A DNA stretch of 64,000 nt from Rebecca billardiae RCC1528 (GCA_965240325.2 OZ251236.1:1674001-1738000), one strand, 5' to 3'. Shown: positions 36,601-49,170, counted from the first letter of the stretch. A program made the numbers and translations. The notes: generated by a model from the sequence alone, not told the origin.

Positions 36601-39600
36601 CCGGCGCGCACGAGCGTCGCCGAGCTCAGCCGCGCGACGAGCGTCGAGTCGTCCGTCCAGTAGCACTGCGGCGGCGCGGCCGCGGCCGCGGCCGCGCCGC
36701 CGCCGACCAGCGCGACGGTGTCGTCGTCGAGGACGCGCGAGCACTCGCCCATGCCGCTGCCCATGCCCGCGCGGTCGGTCGGCTGCGCGTCGAAGCGCAG
36801 CACCATCAGCGTCGCCGCGCCGTTGAACGCCACACCCTCGAGCACGGGCGCGTGCAGGCCGACGAACGTGAACGCGAGCGCACCCGCGGGCGGCGGCGTC
36901 GCGGCGGCCGCGGGCGTGAACTGCTGGCCGTTGAGCGAGACGCGGAGCTGCGCGCGGCCCGCGGCGCCGTACCGCGTGGAGACGACAACCTCGCCCGCCG
37001 TGACGCGCGCCGGCGGCTGCGCGGGCGCGTCGCCGAAGCGCACGGCCAGCAGCGCGCCGCCGGCCAGCGCGTCGAAGCCCGCGCCCCCGATCGTCACCTC
37101 CGTGCCGCCGTTCGCGTCGCCGCTCGCCGGGCTGACGGAGCCGAGGGTGGGCGGGTCGTACGCGAGGAAGGGCAGCGCCGAGGCGGTGGTCGAGTCGGCG
37201 CTGCCGCCGCCAAGCGAAAGCTCGAGGGCCACGCTGCCCGCCGCGCCGCCCAGCGGCGGCGGCAGCACGCAGCGCGCGCGGCTCAGGGTTGGCGCCGCCG
37301 CCGACGGCGGCAGCAGCGTCGCCGCCGCCGCGCAGCCGCCGCCGCCGAGCACGCAGCACAGCTGGCCCTCGCCGTACTCGGCAAAGCCCGAGCCCACGAG
37401 CGTGACCGCCGTGCCGCCGCCCACCGGCCCGCCCGGCGGGCGCAGCTCGAGCACCGACACGGCCGCCATGTCGTACAGCTCAAACGAGACCGGGCCGAAG
37501 AGCCCGGAGACATCCACGTCCGTTGACGCGCCCACGGCGCCGAGGGCGAGGCCGACGGTGTACGCGCCCGCGGCGGAGGGCGCGCCGGACGAGGCGGCGG
37601 CGGGCATGGCGCAGCGCAGCCGCGCGTCGCTCAGCACCGACGCGCCCGAGAGCAGCGGGCCGCCACCGTCCCCGTCGCCATCGGCGCGCGTGAAGGCGCA
37701 CTGGATCTCGCCAAACTCGCCGCCGGCCAGGCTGTCAAAGCCCGCACCCTCGAGCTCGAGCGCCGCGTCGTCCGAGCCGAGCGGCGCGCCTTCGCGGCTG
37801 CCGCTGAGCACGCTCACGCGGATCGCGGGCGGCGGCGGCGGCGGCGGGCTGGGCGGCGGCAGCGGCGGCGGAGAGCTCGGCGGCGGGTGCGGCGGCGGGC
37901 CCGGCGGCGGCGATGGCGGCGGCGACGGCGGTGGCGGCGGTGGCGAGCTGGGCGGTGGTGACGGAGGCGAGCTCGGCGGCGGGCTCGGCGGCGCCGGCGG
38001 CGGAAATGGCTCAATGCGCGGCGGCGGCGGCGGTGTCGGCGGCACCGGCGGCGGGCGCGGCGGCGGCACGGGTGGCGGCTGCGACGGCGGCGTCGATGGC
38101 GGTGATGACGGCGGCGGGTGTGGCGGCGGCGCCGGCGGCGGGCTCGGCGGAGGCAGAGGCGGCAATGACGGTGGGGGCAACGGCGGCGGCGATGGCGGCG
38201 GTGACGGCGGAGATGGCGGTGGGAATGGCTGCGTGCGTGGCGGCGGGGGCGGTGCCGGCGGTGGGCTCGGCGGCGGCGACGACGGTGGCGTAGATGGCGG
38301 TAGGCTTGGCGGCGATGCCGGCGGCGCGCTTGGAGGCACGCTTGGCGGCAGGGACGGTGGCGGGGCCGGAGGCGGGGGTGGCGGTGGCCGTGGCGGTGTG
38401 CTCGGCGGCGGAGAAGGCGGCGGCGGCGGCGGTGGCAACGGCGGCGGGGATGGCGGCGGACTCGGCGGCGAAGGCGGCGGGAACGGATCCGTGCGTGGCG
38501 GCGGAGGCGGTGTCGGCGGCGGGCTCGGCGGCGGCGGCAACGGCGGCGGCGACGGCGGCGGCGACCGGGGCGGCTGCGACGGCGGCGTTGATGGCGGCGA
38601 TGACGGCGGCGGGTGTGGCGGCGGTGCCGGCGGCGGGCTCGGCGGAGGCGATGGCGGTGGCGATGGCGTCGGTGGAGGCGGCGGGCTCGGCGGCGGACTG
38701 GGCGGCAAGGGCGGTGGGAACGGCTGCGTGCGTGGCGGCGGGGGCAGCGCCGGTGGCGGGCTCGGCGGCGGCGACGACGGGGGCGTTGATGGTGGTGCGC
38801 TCGGCGGCGGTGCCGGTGGCGCACTCGGCGGCGCGCTTGGCGGCAGGGACGGTGGCGGGGCCGGAGGCGGGGGTGGCGGTGGCCGTGGCGGTGTGCTCGG
38901 CGGCGGAGAAGGCGGCGGCGGCGGCGGTGGCAACGGCGGCGGGGATGGCGGCGGACTCGGCGGCGAAGGCGGCGGGAACGGATCCGTGCGTGGCGGCGGC
39001 GGCGGTGTCGGCGGCGGGCTCGGCGGCGGCGGCAACGGCGGCGGCGACGGCGGCGGCGACCGGGGCGGCTGCGACGGCGGCGTCGATGGCGGCGATGACG
39101 GCGGCGGGTGTGGCGGCGGTGCCGGCGGCGGGCTCGGCGGAGGCGATGGCGGTGGCGATGGCGTCGGTGGAGGCGGTGGGCTCGGCGGCGGACTGGGCGG
39201 CAAGGGCGGTGGGAATGGCTGCGTGCGTGGCGGCGGGGGCAGCGCCGGTGGCGGGCTCGGCGGCGGCGACGACGGTGGCGTCGATGGTGGTGCGCTCGGC
39301 GGCGGTGCCGGTGGCGCACTCGGCGGCGCGCTTGGCGGCAGGGACGGTGGCGGGGCCGGAGGCGGGGGTGGCGGTGGCCGTGGCGGTGTGCTCGGCGGCG
39401 GAGAAGGCGGCGGCGGCGGCGGTGGCAACGGCGGCGGGGATGGCGGCGGACTCGGCGGCGAAGGCGGCGGGAACGGATCCGTGCGTGGCGGCGGCGGCGG
39501 TGTCGGCGGCGGGCTCGGCGGCGGCGGCAACGGCGGCGGCGACGGCGGCGGCGACCGGGGCGGCTGCGACGGCGGCGTCGATGGCGGCGATGGCGGCGGC

Positions 39601-42600
39601 GGGTGTGGCGGCGGTGCCGGCGGCGGGCTCGGCGGAGGCGATGGCGGCAGCGATGGCGGCGGCGGAGGCGGTGGGCTGGGCGGCGGACTGGGCGGCAAGG
39701 GCGGTGGGAACGGCTGCGTGCGCGGCGGTGGCGGCAGCGCCGGAGGCGGGCTCGGCGGCGGCAACGATGGTGGCGTCGATGGCGGTGCGCTCGGTGGCGG
39801 TGCCGGCGGCGTGCTCGGCGGCGCGCTCGGCGGCAGGGACGGTGGCGGGGCCGGAGGTGGGGGTGGCGGTCGCTGTGGCGGTGTGCTCGGCGGCGGTGGC
39901 AACGGCGGCGGCGATGGTGGCGGACTCGGCGGCGAAGGCGGCGGGAACGGATCCGTGCGTGGCGGCGGAGGCGGCGTCGGCGGCGGGCTCGGCGGAGGCG
40001 GCAACGGCGGCGTCGATGGCGGCGGCGACCGGGGCGGCTGCGACGGCGGCGTCGATGGCGGCGATGGCGGCGGCGGGTGTGGCGGCGGTGCCGGCGGCGG
40101 GCTCGGCGGAGGCGATGGCGGCGGCGATGGCGGCGGTGGAGGCGGTGGGCTGGGCGGCGGACTGGGCGGCAAGGGCGGTGGGAACGGCTGCGTGCGTGGC
40201 GGCGGCGGCGGCGCCGGAGGCGGGCTCGGCGGCGGCAACGATGGTGGCGTCGATGGCGGTGCGCTCGGTGGCGGTGCCGGCGGCGTGCTCGGCGGCGCGC
40301 TCGGCGGCAGGGACGGCGGTTGCGATGGCGGTGGTGCCGGTGGCGGTGGCGGCGGCGAGCTGGGCGGCAGGGACGGTGGCGGCTGCGGTGGTGACTCTGG
40401 CGGCGAGCTCGGCAGTGGAGAAGGCGGCGGCGGCGGCGGTGGCAACGGCGGTGGCGATGGTGGCGGACTCGGCGGCGAAGGCGGCGGGAACGGATCCGTG
40501 CGTGGCGGCGGCGGCGGTGCCGGCGGCGGGCTCGGCGGCGGCGGCAAGGGCGGCGGCGACGGCGGCGGCGACCGGGGCGGCGGCGACGGCGGCGTCGATG
40601 GCGGTGCTGACGGCGGCGGGTGTGGCGGCAGTGCCGGCAGCGGGCTCGGCGGAGGCGATGGCGGCGGCGATGGCGGCGGCGGAGGCGGTGGGCTGGGCGG
40701 CGGACTGGGCGGCAAGGGCGGTGGGAACGGCTGCGTGCGTGGCGGCGGGGGCAGCGCCGGTGGCGGGCTCGGCGGCGGCGACGATGGTGGCGTCGATGGC
40801 GGTGCGCTCGGTGGCGGTACCGGCGGCGTGCTCGGCGGCGCGCTCGGCGGCAGCGACGGTGGTTGTGATGGCGGTGGTGCCGGTGGCGGTGGCGGCGGCG
40901 AGCTGGGCGGCAGGGACGGTGGCGGCTGCGGTGGTGACGCTGGCGGCGAGCTCGGCGGCGGAGAAGGCGGCGGCGGCGGCGGTGGCAACGGCGGCGGGGA
41001 TGGCGGCGGACTCGGCGGCGAAGGCGGCGGGAACGGATCCGTGCGTGGCGGCGGCGGCGGTGTCCGCGGCGGGCTCGGCGGCGGCGGCGACGGCGGCGGG
41101 CTCGGCGGCGGCGACCGGGGCGGCTGCGACGGCGGCGTCGATGGCGGCGACGACGGCGGCGCGTGTGGCGGCGGTGCCGGCGGCAGGCTCGGCGGAGGCG
41201 ATGGCGGTGGCGATGGCCTCGGTGGAGGCGGCGGGCTGGGCGGCGGACTGGGCGGCGAGGGCGGGGGCAACGGCTGCGTGCGTGGCGGCGGGGGCAGCGC
41301 CGGCGGCGGATTCGGCGGCGGCGACGACGGTGGCGTCGATGGCGGTGCGCTCGGCGGCGGTGCCGGCGGCGCGCTCGGCGGCGCGCTCGGCGGCAGGGAC
41401 GGCGGTTGCGATGGCGGCGCTGAGGGCGGCGGCGGCGGCGGCGAGCTGGGCGGCGGAGACGGCGGCGCTGGTGGCGGTGGCAACGGCGGCGGGGATGGCG
41501 GCGGACTCGGCGGCGAAGGCGGCGGGAACGGATCCGTGCGCGGCGGCGGCGGCGGTGTCGGCGGCGGGCTTGGCGGCGGCGGCGACGGCGGTGGGCTCGG
41601 CGGCGGCGACGGCGGGGGCGATGCCGGCGGATACAACGGCGGTGACGACGGCGGCAGCCGTGGCGGCGGTGTTGGTGGCGGGCTCGGCGGGCTCGCAGGC
41701 GGCGGTGGCGGCGGCTGCCGCGGCGGCGGCAGCGGCGGGGATCGAGGCGGCGGCTGCGGCTGCGGCGAAGGCGGGGCCAAGGGCGGCGGGCTCGGCGGAG
41801 GGCTCGGCGGCGTGTGCGGAGGTGCGGGCGGAGGGAACGGCTCCGATCTCGGCGGCGGTGGCAGAAGGGGCGGTGGGCTCGGAGGGGGTGGGCTCGGCGG
41901 GGGCAGGGGAGGCGGGCTCGGCGGCGGCGAGGCAGGCGGCGCGCTGGGCGGCGGTTGCGGCGGCAGCGACGGCGGAGGCAGTGGCGGCGGCGCGGCGGGC
42001 GGGGGGGCTGGCGGCGGGCTCGGCGGCGGTGCAGGTGGTGGAGCAGCAGGCGGCATGCCAGGTGGGGGCGAAGGCGGCGGGGCGGGCGGAGCGGCCGGCG
42101 GCGGGCTTGGAGGCGGCGTTGGCGGCGGCGGGCTTGGCGGCGGCGGGCTTGGTGGCGGGCTTGGCGGCGGCGGCACTGGTGGCGGCGGGGGCGGTGGACG
42201 CGGTGGCGGTGACGGAGGCGGAGCGGGCGGGGGCGGGCTCGGCGGAAGCGATGGCGGTGTGGCTGGCGGCGGGCTCGGCGGCGGGCTCGGCGGCGAGGCC
42301 GGTGGCGGCGATGGCGGTGGAACTGGTGGCGGCACCGGCGGTGGTGGGCTCGGAGGGGGGCTCGGCGGCTGCGATGGCGGTGGGCTCGGTGGCGGAGATG
42401 GCGGCAGCGGGCTTGGCGGGGGCGACGGTGGCGGCTGCGGCGGCGGACTCGGAGGTGGCGATGGCGGCGGGGTGGGCGGCGGGCTCGGTGGTGGCGAGGG
42501 CGGCGGGCGCGGCGGAGGTGACGGAGGCGAGACCGGCGGTGGAGACGGCGGCGGAGACGGCGGTGGGGGGCTCGGTGGCGGGCTGGGTGGCGGGCTGGGC

Positions 42601-45600
42601 GGCGGCACGGGCGGCGGGCTCGGAGGGGGCGAGGGCGGAGGGACAGGTGGCGGGCTCGGTGGCGGGAATGGCGGCGGCGGGCTCGGCGGTGGTGCTGGTG
42701 GCGGGCTGGGGGGCGGGTTCGGTGGCGGTAGAGGCGGCGGTGGGCTCGGCGGTGGCGAGGGCGGAGGCGAGGGCGGCGGGCTGGGCGGCGGCGACGGGGG
42801 CGGCGATGGCGGCGGTGACGGAGGCGGGAGTGGTGGCGGCGGACTCGGGGGCGGCGCTGGTGGCGGGCTAGGGGGTGGCGACGGTGGTGGTGGGCTCGGT
42901 GGAGGGCTCGGTGGTGGGCTCGGCGGAGGCGATGGTGGTTGCGACGGTGGCGGCGGGCTTGGCGGTGGCAAGGGCGGTGGGCTCGGTGGTGGCGAGGGCG
43001 GCGGCGAGGGCGGCGGCGGGCTCGGCGGCGGCGACGGTGGCGGGCTCGGCGGCGGCGACGGCGGCGGCGACGGTGGCGGTGGGCTTGGCGGTGGGCTGGG
43101 CGGCGGGCTCGGTGGTGGCGAGGGCGGTGGCGAGGGCGGCGGCGGGCTCGGCGGCGGAGATGGCGGCGGTGACGGCGGTGGCGATGGCGGCGGCGATGGC
43201 GGCGGCGGACTGGGCGGCGGGCTCGGCGGCGGCGAGGGCGGCGGCGAGGGCGGCGGGCCGGGCGGCGGGCTGGGCGGCGGCGATGGTGGCGGCGATGGTG
43301 GCGGCGAGGGCGGCGGCGGCGAGGGCGGCGGCGAGGGCGGTGGCGAGGGCGGCGGTGATGGTGGCGGTGATGGTGGTGGCGGGCTCGGCGGCGGGCTCGG
43401 CGGTGGCACCGGCGGTGGGCTTGGAGGCGGCGACGGCGGCGGCGATGGTGGTGGGCTCGGCGGCGGCGATGGCGGCGGCGACGGTGGCGGTGGGCTTGGC
43501 GGTGGGCTGGGCGGCGGGCTCGGTGGTGGCGAGGGCGGTGGCGAGGGCGGCGGCGGGCTCGGCGGCGGAGATGGCGGCGGTGATGGCGGTGGCGATGGCG
43601 GCGGCGATGGCGGCGGCGGGCTGGGCGGCGGGCTCGGCGGCGGCGAGGGCGGCGGCGAGGGCGGCGGGCCGGGCGGCGGGCTGGGCGGCGGCGATGGTGG
43701 CGGCGATGGTGGCGGCGAGGGCGGCGGCGGCGAGGGCGGCGGCGAGGGCGGTGGCGAGGGCGGCGGTGATGGTGGCGGTGATGGTGGTGGCGGGCTCGGC
43801 GGCGGGCTCGGCGGTGGCACCGGCGGTGGGCTTGGAGGCGGCGACGGCGGCGGCGATGGTGGTGGGCTCGGCGGCGGCGATGGCGGCGGCGACGGTGGCG
43901 GTGGGCTTGGCGGTGGGCTGGGCGGCGGGCTCGGTGGTGGCGAGGGCGGTGGCGAGGGCGGCGGCGGGCTCGGCGGCGGAGATGGCGGCGGTGATGGCGG
44001 TGGCGATGGCGGCGGCGATGGCGGCGGCGGGCTGGGCGGCGGGCTCGGCGGCGGCGAGGGCGGCGGCGAGGGCGGCGGGCCGGGCGGCGGGCTGGGCGGC
44101 GGCGATGGTGGCGGCGATGGTGGCGGCGAGGGCGGCGGCGGCGAGGGCGGCGGCGAGGGCGGCGGCGAGGGCGGCGGTGACGGTGGCGGTGATGGTGGTG
44201 GCGGGCTCGGCGGCGGGCTCGGCGGTGGCACCGGCGGTGGGCTTGGAGGCGGCGACGGCGGCGGCGATGGTGGCGGGCTCGGCGGCGGCGACGGCGGCGG
44301 CGACGGTGGCGGTGGGCTTGGCGGTGGGCTGGGCGGCGGGCTCGGTGGTGGCGAGGGCGGTGGCGAGGGCGGCGGCGGGCTCGGCGGCGGAGATGGCGGC
44401 GGTGACGGCGGTGGCGATGGCGGCGGCGATGGCGGCGGCGGGCTGGGCGGCGGGCTCGGCGGCGGCGAGGGCGGCGGCGAGGGCGGCGGGCCGGGCGGCG
44501 GGCTGGGAGGCGGCGATGGTGGCGGCGATGGTGGCGGCGAGGGCGGCGGCGGCGAGGGCGGCGGCGAGGGCGGCGGCGAGGGCGGCGGTGACGGTGGCGG
44601 TGATGGTGGTGGCGGGCTCGGCGGCGGGCTCGGCGGTGGCACAGGCGGTGGGCTTGGAGGCGGCGACGGCGGCGGCGATGGTGGCGGGCTCGGCGGCGGC
44701 GACGGCGGCGGCGACGGTGGCGGTGGGCTTGGCGGTGGGCTGGGCGGCGGGCTCGGTGGTGGCGAGGGCGGTGGCGAAGGCGGCGGTGGGCTCGGCGGCG
44801 GAGATGGCGGCGGTGACGGCGGTGGCGATGGCGGCGGCGATGGCGGCGGCGGGCTGGGCGGCGGGCTCGGCGGCGGCGAGGGCGGCGGCGAGGGCGGCGG
44901 GCCGGGCGGCGGGCTGGGCGGCGGCGATGGTGGCGGCGATGGTGGCGGCGAGGGCGGCGGCGGCGAGGGCGGCGGCGAGGGCGGCGGCGAGGGCGGCGGT
45001 GACGGTGGCGGTGATGGTGGTGGCGGGCTCGGCGGCGGGCTCGGCGGTGGCACAGGTGGTGGGCTTGGAGGCGGCGACGGCGGCGGCGATGGTGGCGGGC
45101 TCGGCGGCGGCGACGGCGGCGGCGACGGTGGCGGTGGGCTTGGCGGTGGGCTGGGCGGCGGGCTCGGTGGTGGCGAGGGCGGTGGCGAGGGCGGCGGCGG
45201 GCTCGGCGGCGGAGATGGCGGCGGTGACGGCGGTGGCGATGGCGGCGGCGATGGCGGCGGCGGGCTGGGCGGCGGGCTCGGCGGCGGCGAGGGCGGCGGC
45301 GAGGGCGGCGGGCCGGGCGGCGGGCTGGGCGGCGGCGATGGTGGCGGCGATGGTGGCGGCGAGGGCGGCGGCGGCGAGGGCGGCGGCGAGGGCGGCGGCG
45401 AGGGCGGCGGTGACGGTGGCGGTGATGGTGGTGGCGGGCTCGGCGGCGGGCTCGGCGGTGGCACAGGCGGTGGGCTTGGAGGCGGCGACGGCGGCGGCGA
45501 TGGTGGCGGGCTCGGCGGCGGCGACGGCGGCGGCGACGGTGGCGGTGGGCTTGGCGGTGGGCTGGGCGGCGGGCTCGGTGGTGGCGAGGGCGGTGGCGAA

Positions 45601-46516
45601 GGCGGCGGTGGGCTCGGCGGCGGAGATGGCGGCGGTGACGGCGGTGGCGATGGCGGCGGCGATGGCGGCGGCGGGCTGGGCGGCGGGCTCGGCGGCGGCG
45701 AGGGCGGCGGCGAGGGCGGCGGGCCGGGCGGCGGGCTGGGAGGCGGCGATGGTGGCGGCGATGGTGGCGGCGAGGGCGGCGGCGGCGAGGGCGGCGGCGA
45801 GGGCGGCGGCGAGGGCGGCGGTGACGGTGGCGGTGATGGTGGTGGCGGGCTCGGCGGCGGGCTCGGCGGTGGCAGCGGCGGTGGGCTCGGAGGCGGGGAC
45901 GGCGGAGGCGATGGTGGCGGGCTCGGCGGCGGCGACGGCGGCGGTGACGGCGGCGGTGGGCTGGGCGGCGGGCTGGGCGGCGGGCTCGGCGGCGGCGCCG
46001 GAGGTGGTGAGGGCGGCGGCGACGGCGGTGGTGGTGATGGTGGCGGAGACGGCGGTGGCGCGGGCGGTGGCGACGGTGGCGGTGATGGTGGTGGTGGGCT
46101 GGGCGGCGGCGTCGGTGGCAGTGCCGGCGGCGGGCTCGGTGGCGGCGAGGGTGGCGGTGATGGCGGCGGGCTTGGCGGAGGCAACGGCGGTGGCGGACTG
46201 GGTGGCGGTGACGGCGGCGGCGACGGTGGAGGGCTCGGCGGCGGCGGGCTCGGCGGCGGTGAGGGCGGTGGGCTCGGCGGTTGGCTGGGCGGCGGCGACG
46301 GCGGCGGCGATGGGGGTGGGTTCGGCGGTGGTGACGGCGGAGGCGACGGGGGTGGGCTCGGCGGAGGCAAAGGCGGCGGTGGGCTCGGCGGCGGCGACGG
46401 CGGGGGCGACGGCGGCGGTGGGCTGGGTGGTGGGCTGGGCGGCGGGCTGGGCGGCGGGCTGGGCGGCGGGCTCGGCGGCGGTGGGCTCGGCGGCGGGCTC
46501 GGCGGCGGGCTCGGCG

Positions 46517-46549
<33 letters not shown>

Positions 46550-46681
46550 ATGGCGGGGGTGGCGCCGAAGGAGGCGGTGGGCTCGGCGGAGGGAATGGTG
46601 GCGGACTCGGCGGCGGCGGGCTCGGCGGTGGTGGCGGGCTGGGCGGCGGCATCGGCGGCGGGCTCGGCGGCGGGCTCGGCG

Positions 46682-46714
<33 letters not shown>

Positions 46715-46903
46715 ATGGCGGGGGTGGCGCCGAAGGCGGCGGTGGGCTCGGCGGAGGGAATGGTGGCGGTCGCGGCGGCGGCGGGCTCGGCGGTGGCGAT
46801 GGTGGCGGCGGGCTCGGCGGCGGGCTCGGCGGCAGGCTCGGGGGTGACGGCGGCGGCGGGCTCGGCGGCGGCGACGGCGGCGGGCTCGGCGGCGGGCTCG
46901 GCG

Positions 46904-46936
<33 letters not shown>

Positions 46937-47483
46937 ATGGCGGGGGTGGCGCCGAAGGCGGCGGTGGGCTCGGCGGAGGGAATGGTGGCGGTCGCGGCGG
47001 CGGCGGGCTCGGCGGTGGCGATGGTGGCGGCGGGCTCGGTGGCGGGCTCGGCGGCATGCTCGGGGGTGGCGGGCTGCGCGGGGGCGACGGCGGCGGGCTC
47101 GGCGGTGGTCTCGGCGGCGGCGGTGACGATGGTGGTGGCGGGCTCGGCGGCGGGCTGGGCGGTTCCGATGGTGGTGGCGGGCTCGGCGGCGGGCTCGGCG
47201 GCGGTGGTGATGGTGGCGGGGTGGGTGGCGGGCTGGGCGGTGGCGATGGTGGCGGCGGGCTCGGCGGTGGCGACGGCGGTGATGATGGTGGCGGGCTCGG
47301 CGGCGGGCTCGGCGGCGGGTTGGGTACCGCCTGCACTGCAGGGGTTAGACTGCTGGCAATGAGTAGCACGGCGAGTGCAAGCGCGCAGCTCACAGGGGTG
47401 CCCGCGGTGTGTCTAATCCCGCGAACTGCCCGCCTCGGCGCGTGCCACGCGCACCTGGGGAGCAGCCAAGTCCACGGGCGCAT
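30633..47483 (-). CDS. Giant polycystin-1-like (REJ + GPS) membrane protein with a ~3100-aa SPn extensin-like stalk, IPT/TIG domains, IQ motif and EF-hand pair
   Basis: Single open frame. Hydrophobic leader ...LTPAVQA; SPPP repeats; IPT (PPGGPVGGGTAVTLVGSGF); REJ (NRPPYGG...GW..DLPLSYAF); GPS (CVWWD..W..GC..CACTHL|TDF); TMs; MQKYARGRTAR; DADGNGTIDHAEF and DVDSDGSISFAEL. The start could alternatively be 47561. Confidence 0.85.
37980..41850 (-). repeat. Coding tandem array of 474-543-bp units marked by alternating PRTDPF/PRTQPF motifs
   Basis: GGATCC marker at 38485, 38980, 39475, 39949, 40492, 41035 and 41530 (spacings 495, 495, 474, 543, 543, 495). Confidence 0.9.
42990..45900 (-). repeat. 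Coding tandem array of seven near-identical 411-bp (137-aa) units
   Basis: A unique GGGCCGGGC marker recurs at 43258, 43669, 44080, 44491, 44902, 45313 and 45724, an exact 411-bp period. Confidence 0.95.
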
Positions 47484-47587
47484 CGCGAGTGGCCATGGGG
47501 CTGCCAAACGGCCAACCGCAGTTGGCCACGCAGCGGCGTGTGTGCTGCAGGGTGTGACCATCGGAGGGGAACGCTCCCTATCTAACC

Positions 47588-47941
47588 GATTTCTTTCCCG
47601 CGTCACGCAGGTGCACTGGTCACTTGGTCAGGACGAACGACTGACGAGCTGATTTGCTGATTTTGATGAGCTAATTTACCCACTTGGTGTTCCGGACGCC
47701 AGAGCGTCACGGGCCATGCTTGAGCGGCGTGCCATTTTTAGCCGCCATCTCTTGTTTTTGGAGTGATTTCTTTCCCGTCACGCAGGTGCACTCATTCCAA
47801 GCCGGCGGTACTCATTCTATGATTTCGGCACTGGTCAGGACGAACGACTGACGAGCTGATTTGCTGCTTTTGATGAGCTAATTTACCCACTTGGTGTTCG
47901 ACGCCAGAGCGTCACGGCCCATGAAGCTTTGTTTTTGGAGT
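47588..47941. repeat. Head-to-tail tandem duplication of 177 bp upstream of the giant gene
   Basis: Both copies (47588-47764, 47765-47941) start GATTTCTTTCCC, share TGGTCAGGACGAACGACTGACGAGCTGATTTGCTG...GCCAGAGCGTCACGG and end TTGTTTTTGGAGT. Confidence 0.9.
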
Positions 47942-47943
47942 TT

Positions 47944-48566
47944 ATGGAGCGTTCGTTGGAACTTGACGCCGGTTTGGCGCCCGCGCGGCGAGGGCGACGA
48001 CGGTCGACGGGCGTACACGGGGCCCGCGGCGGCGGGAAGCGCGCGGGCGCGGCCGAGAACGGCACGGTCCGGACGCCTCTCGCCAGCCGCGGACGCGCAC
48101 CGCGCCTCCTCCTCGCACGCTGCTAACTTGATCCGGGTTAAACGGTGGTTTTGCTGCCGACCAGCTCAAGTTCCACGGCTGGTCAAGGTTCGGCTTGCGA
48201 CCTCGCCGCTGGTGCTAGCAAGAAGGTACACGAGTTGGTCGAACTCCCACGCACCCGCTCTGCGCTCGTCGACGCCCTCTGAAGGTGACTTGGGGTGCAT
48301 GCGGGGCAGTGGAATGCAGTGGTTCGGCGTTGCCTCTCAGTCGTCCAGCGCGCAGGCCATGTGGCGCGGGTGTGGTGCGCGCATGGCCCGGTAATTCGGT
48401 CGCGGCATGTCTGTCTGGGCTGCCCAACCGCAAGGCCTGCCGCACCGCGAAGCGAGCGCTCAGGAGCGTGTGCCGACCGTGCCAGCCCCGCCGAGATGGG
48501 GCACTTCGCTGATGGGAAATGCGGTGTCAAGTTCCAAGCCCCGCCAAGTTCCAACGAACGCTCCAT
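47944..48566. mobile_element. MITE (~620 bp) with 22-bp perfect TIRs
   Basis: ATGGAGCGTTCGTTGGAACTTG (47944-47965) is inverted at 48545-48566. Extra CAAGTTCCA copies lie near 48167 and 48528. Confidence 0.8.
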
Positions 48567-48657
48567 CAAGGGACTCCCTTGGCTCCATACACCGGAAATT
48601 GCAGGGACTTGAACTTCGCAGCGGGCGTGAATGTCAAGGCGAAAGCGGTGGCTCGCG

Positions 48658-49170
48658 ATGGCGACGATGCTGACGAGGGCCGTGCACTCGGTCTATTCGT
48701 GTCCTCTGCGGCGCGGTGCAGGATGCACCGTGCGCATGCCGGCGCGTTGCATCCAGCGCGCTAGGGCGAGCCCCTTGTCTCTTGGGGCAGGTAAGCAGGT
48801 GCCGCCGAAGGACCCTCCGTCGGCAGGCAGCACGAAGGCCGGTGCGGACGCGGGGGCTGCGAAGAAGGCGTCACCCTTCTGGACGATGGTGCGAGAGCAC
48901 GGCGGCGTCTTCGTCGTGTACTGGGGCGCGAGCTGGGTGGTGTGCTTCGTTCCCATCTTCGGGGCCATCCAGATGCACATCGTGCCGTACGACGGCATGG
49001 ACCTGCTGCACATGCTGGGCGCAGACCAAGCGTTTGACATCTCGCAGTGGTCACCCGCGCTCGTGAACGCGGTGGTGGCGGCCGAAGTCAACGAGCTCCT
49101 CGAGTTTGTGCGATTGCCGGCCATCATTGCCACCACACCTGCCGTCTCGCGCTGGCTGCGGCGTAAGTAG
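48658..49170 (+). CDS. FAM210/DUF1279-family protein (likely mitochondrial)
   Basis: Arg-rich presequence-like N-terminus, MVREHGGVFVVYW and a C-terminal ELLEFVRLPAIIATTPAVSRWL. Confidence 0.75.
   Translation: MATMLTRAVHSVYSCPLRRGAGCTVRMPARCIQRARASPLSLGAGKQVPPKDPPSAGSTKAGADAGAAKKASPFWTMVREHGGVFVVYWGASWVVCFVPIFGAIQMHIVPYDGMDLLHMLGADQAFDISQWSPALVNAVVAAEVNELLEFVRLPAIIATTPAVSRWLRRK

Noticed and set aside
36718-47652. 3644-aa Gly-rich ORF and 1500-aa Ala-rich ORFs on the + strand
   Set aside because: These are antisense shadows of the Pro-rich codons; the domain-bearing frame is on the minus strand.
47640-47700. TGATGA/CTGA boxes suggesting C/D snoRNAs in the tandem duplication
   Set aside because: Box order and terminal stem do not fit a C/D layout.
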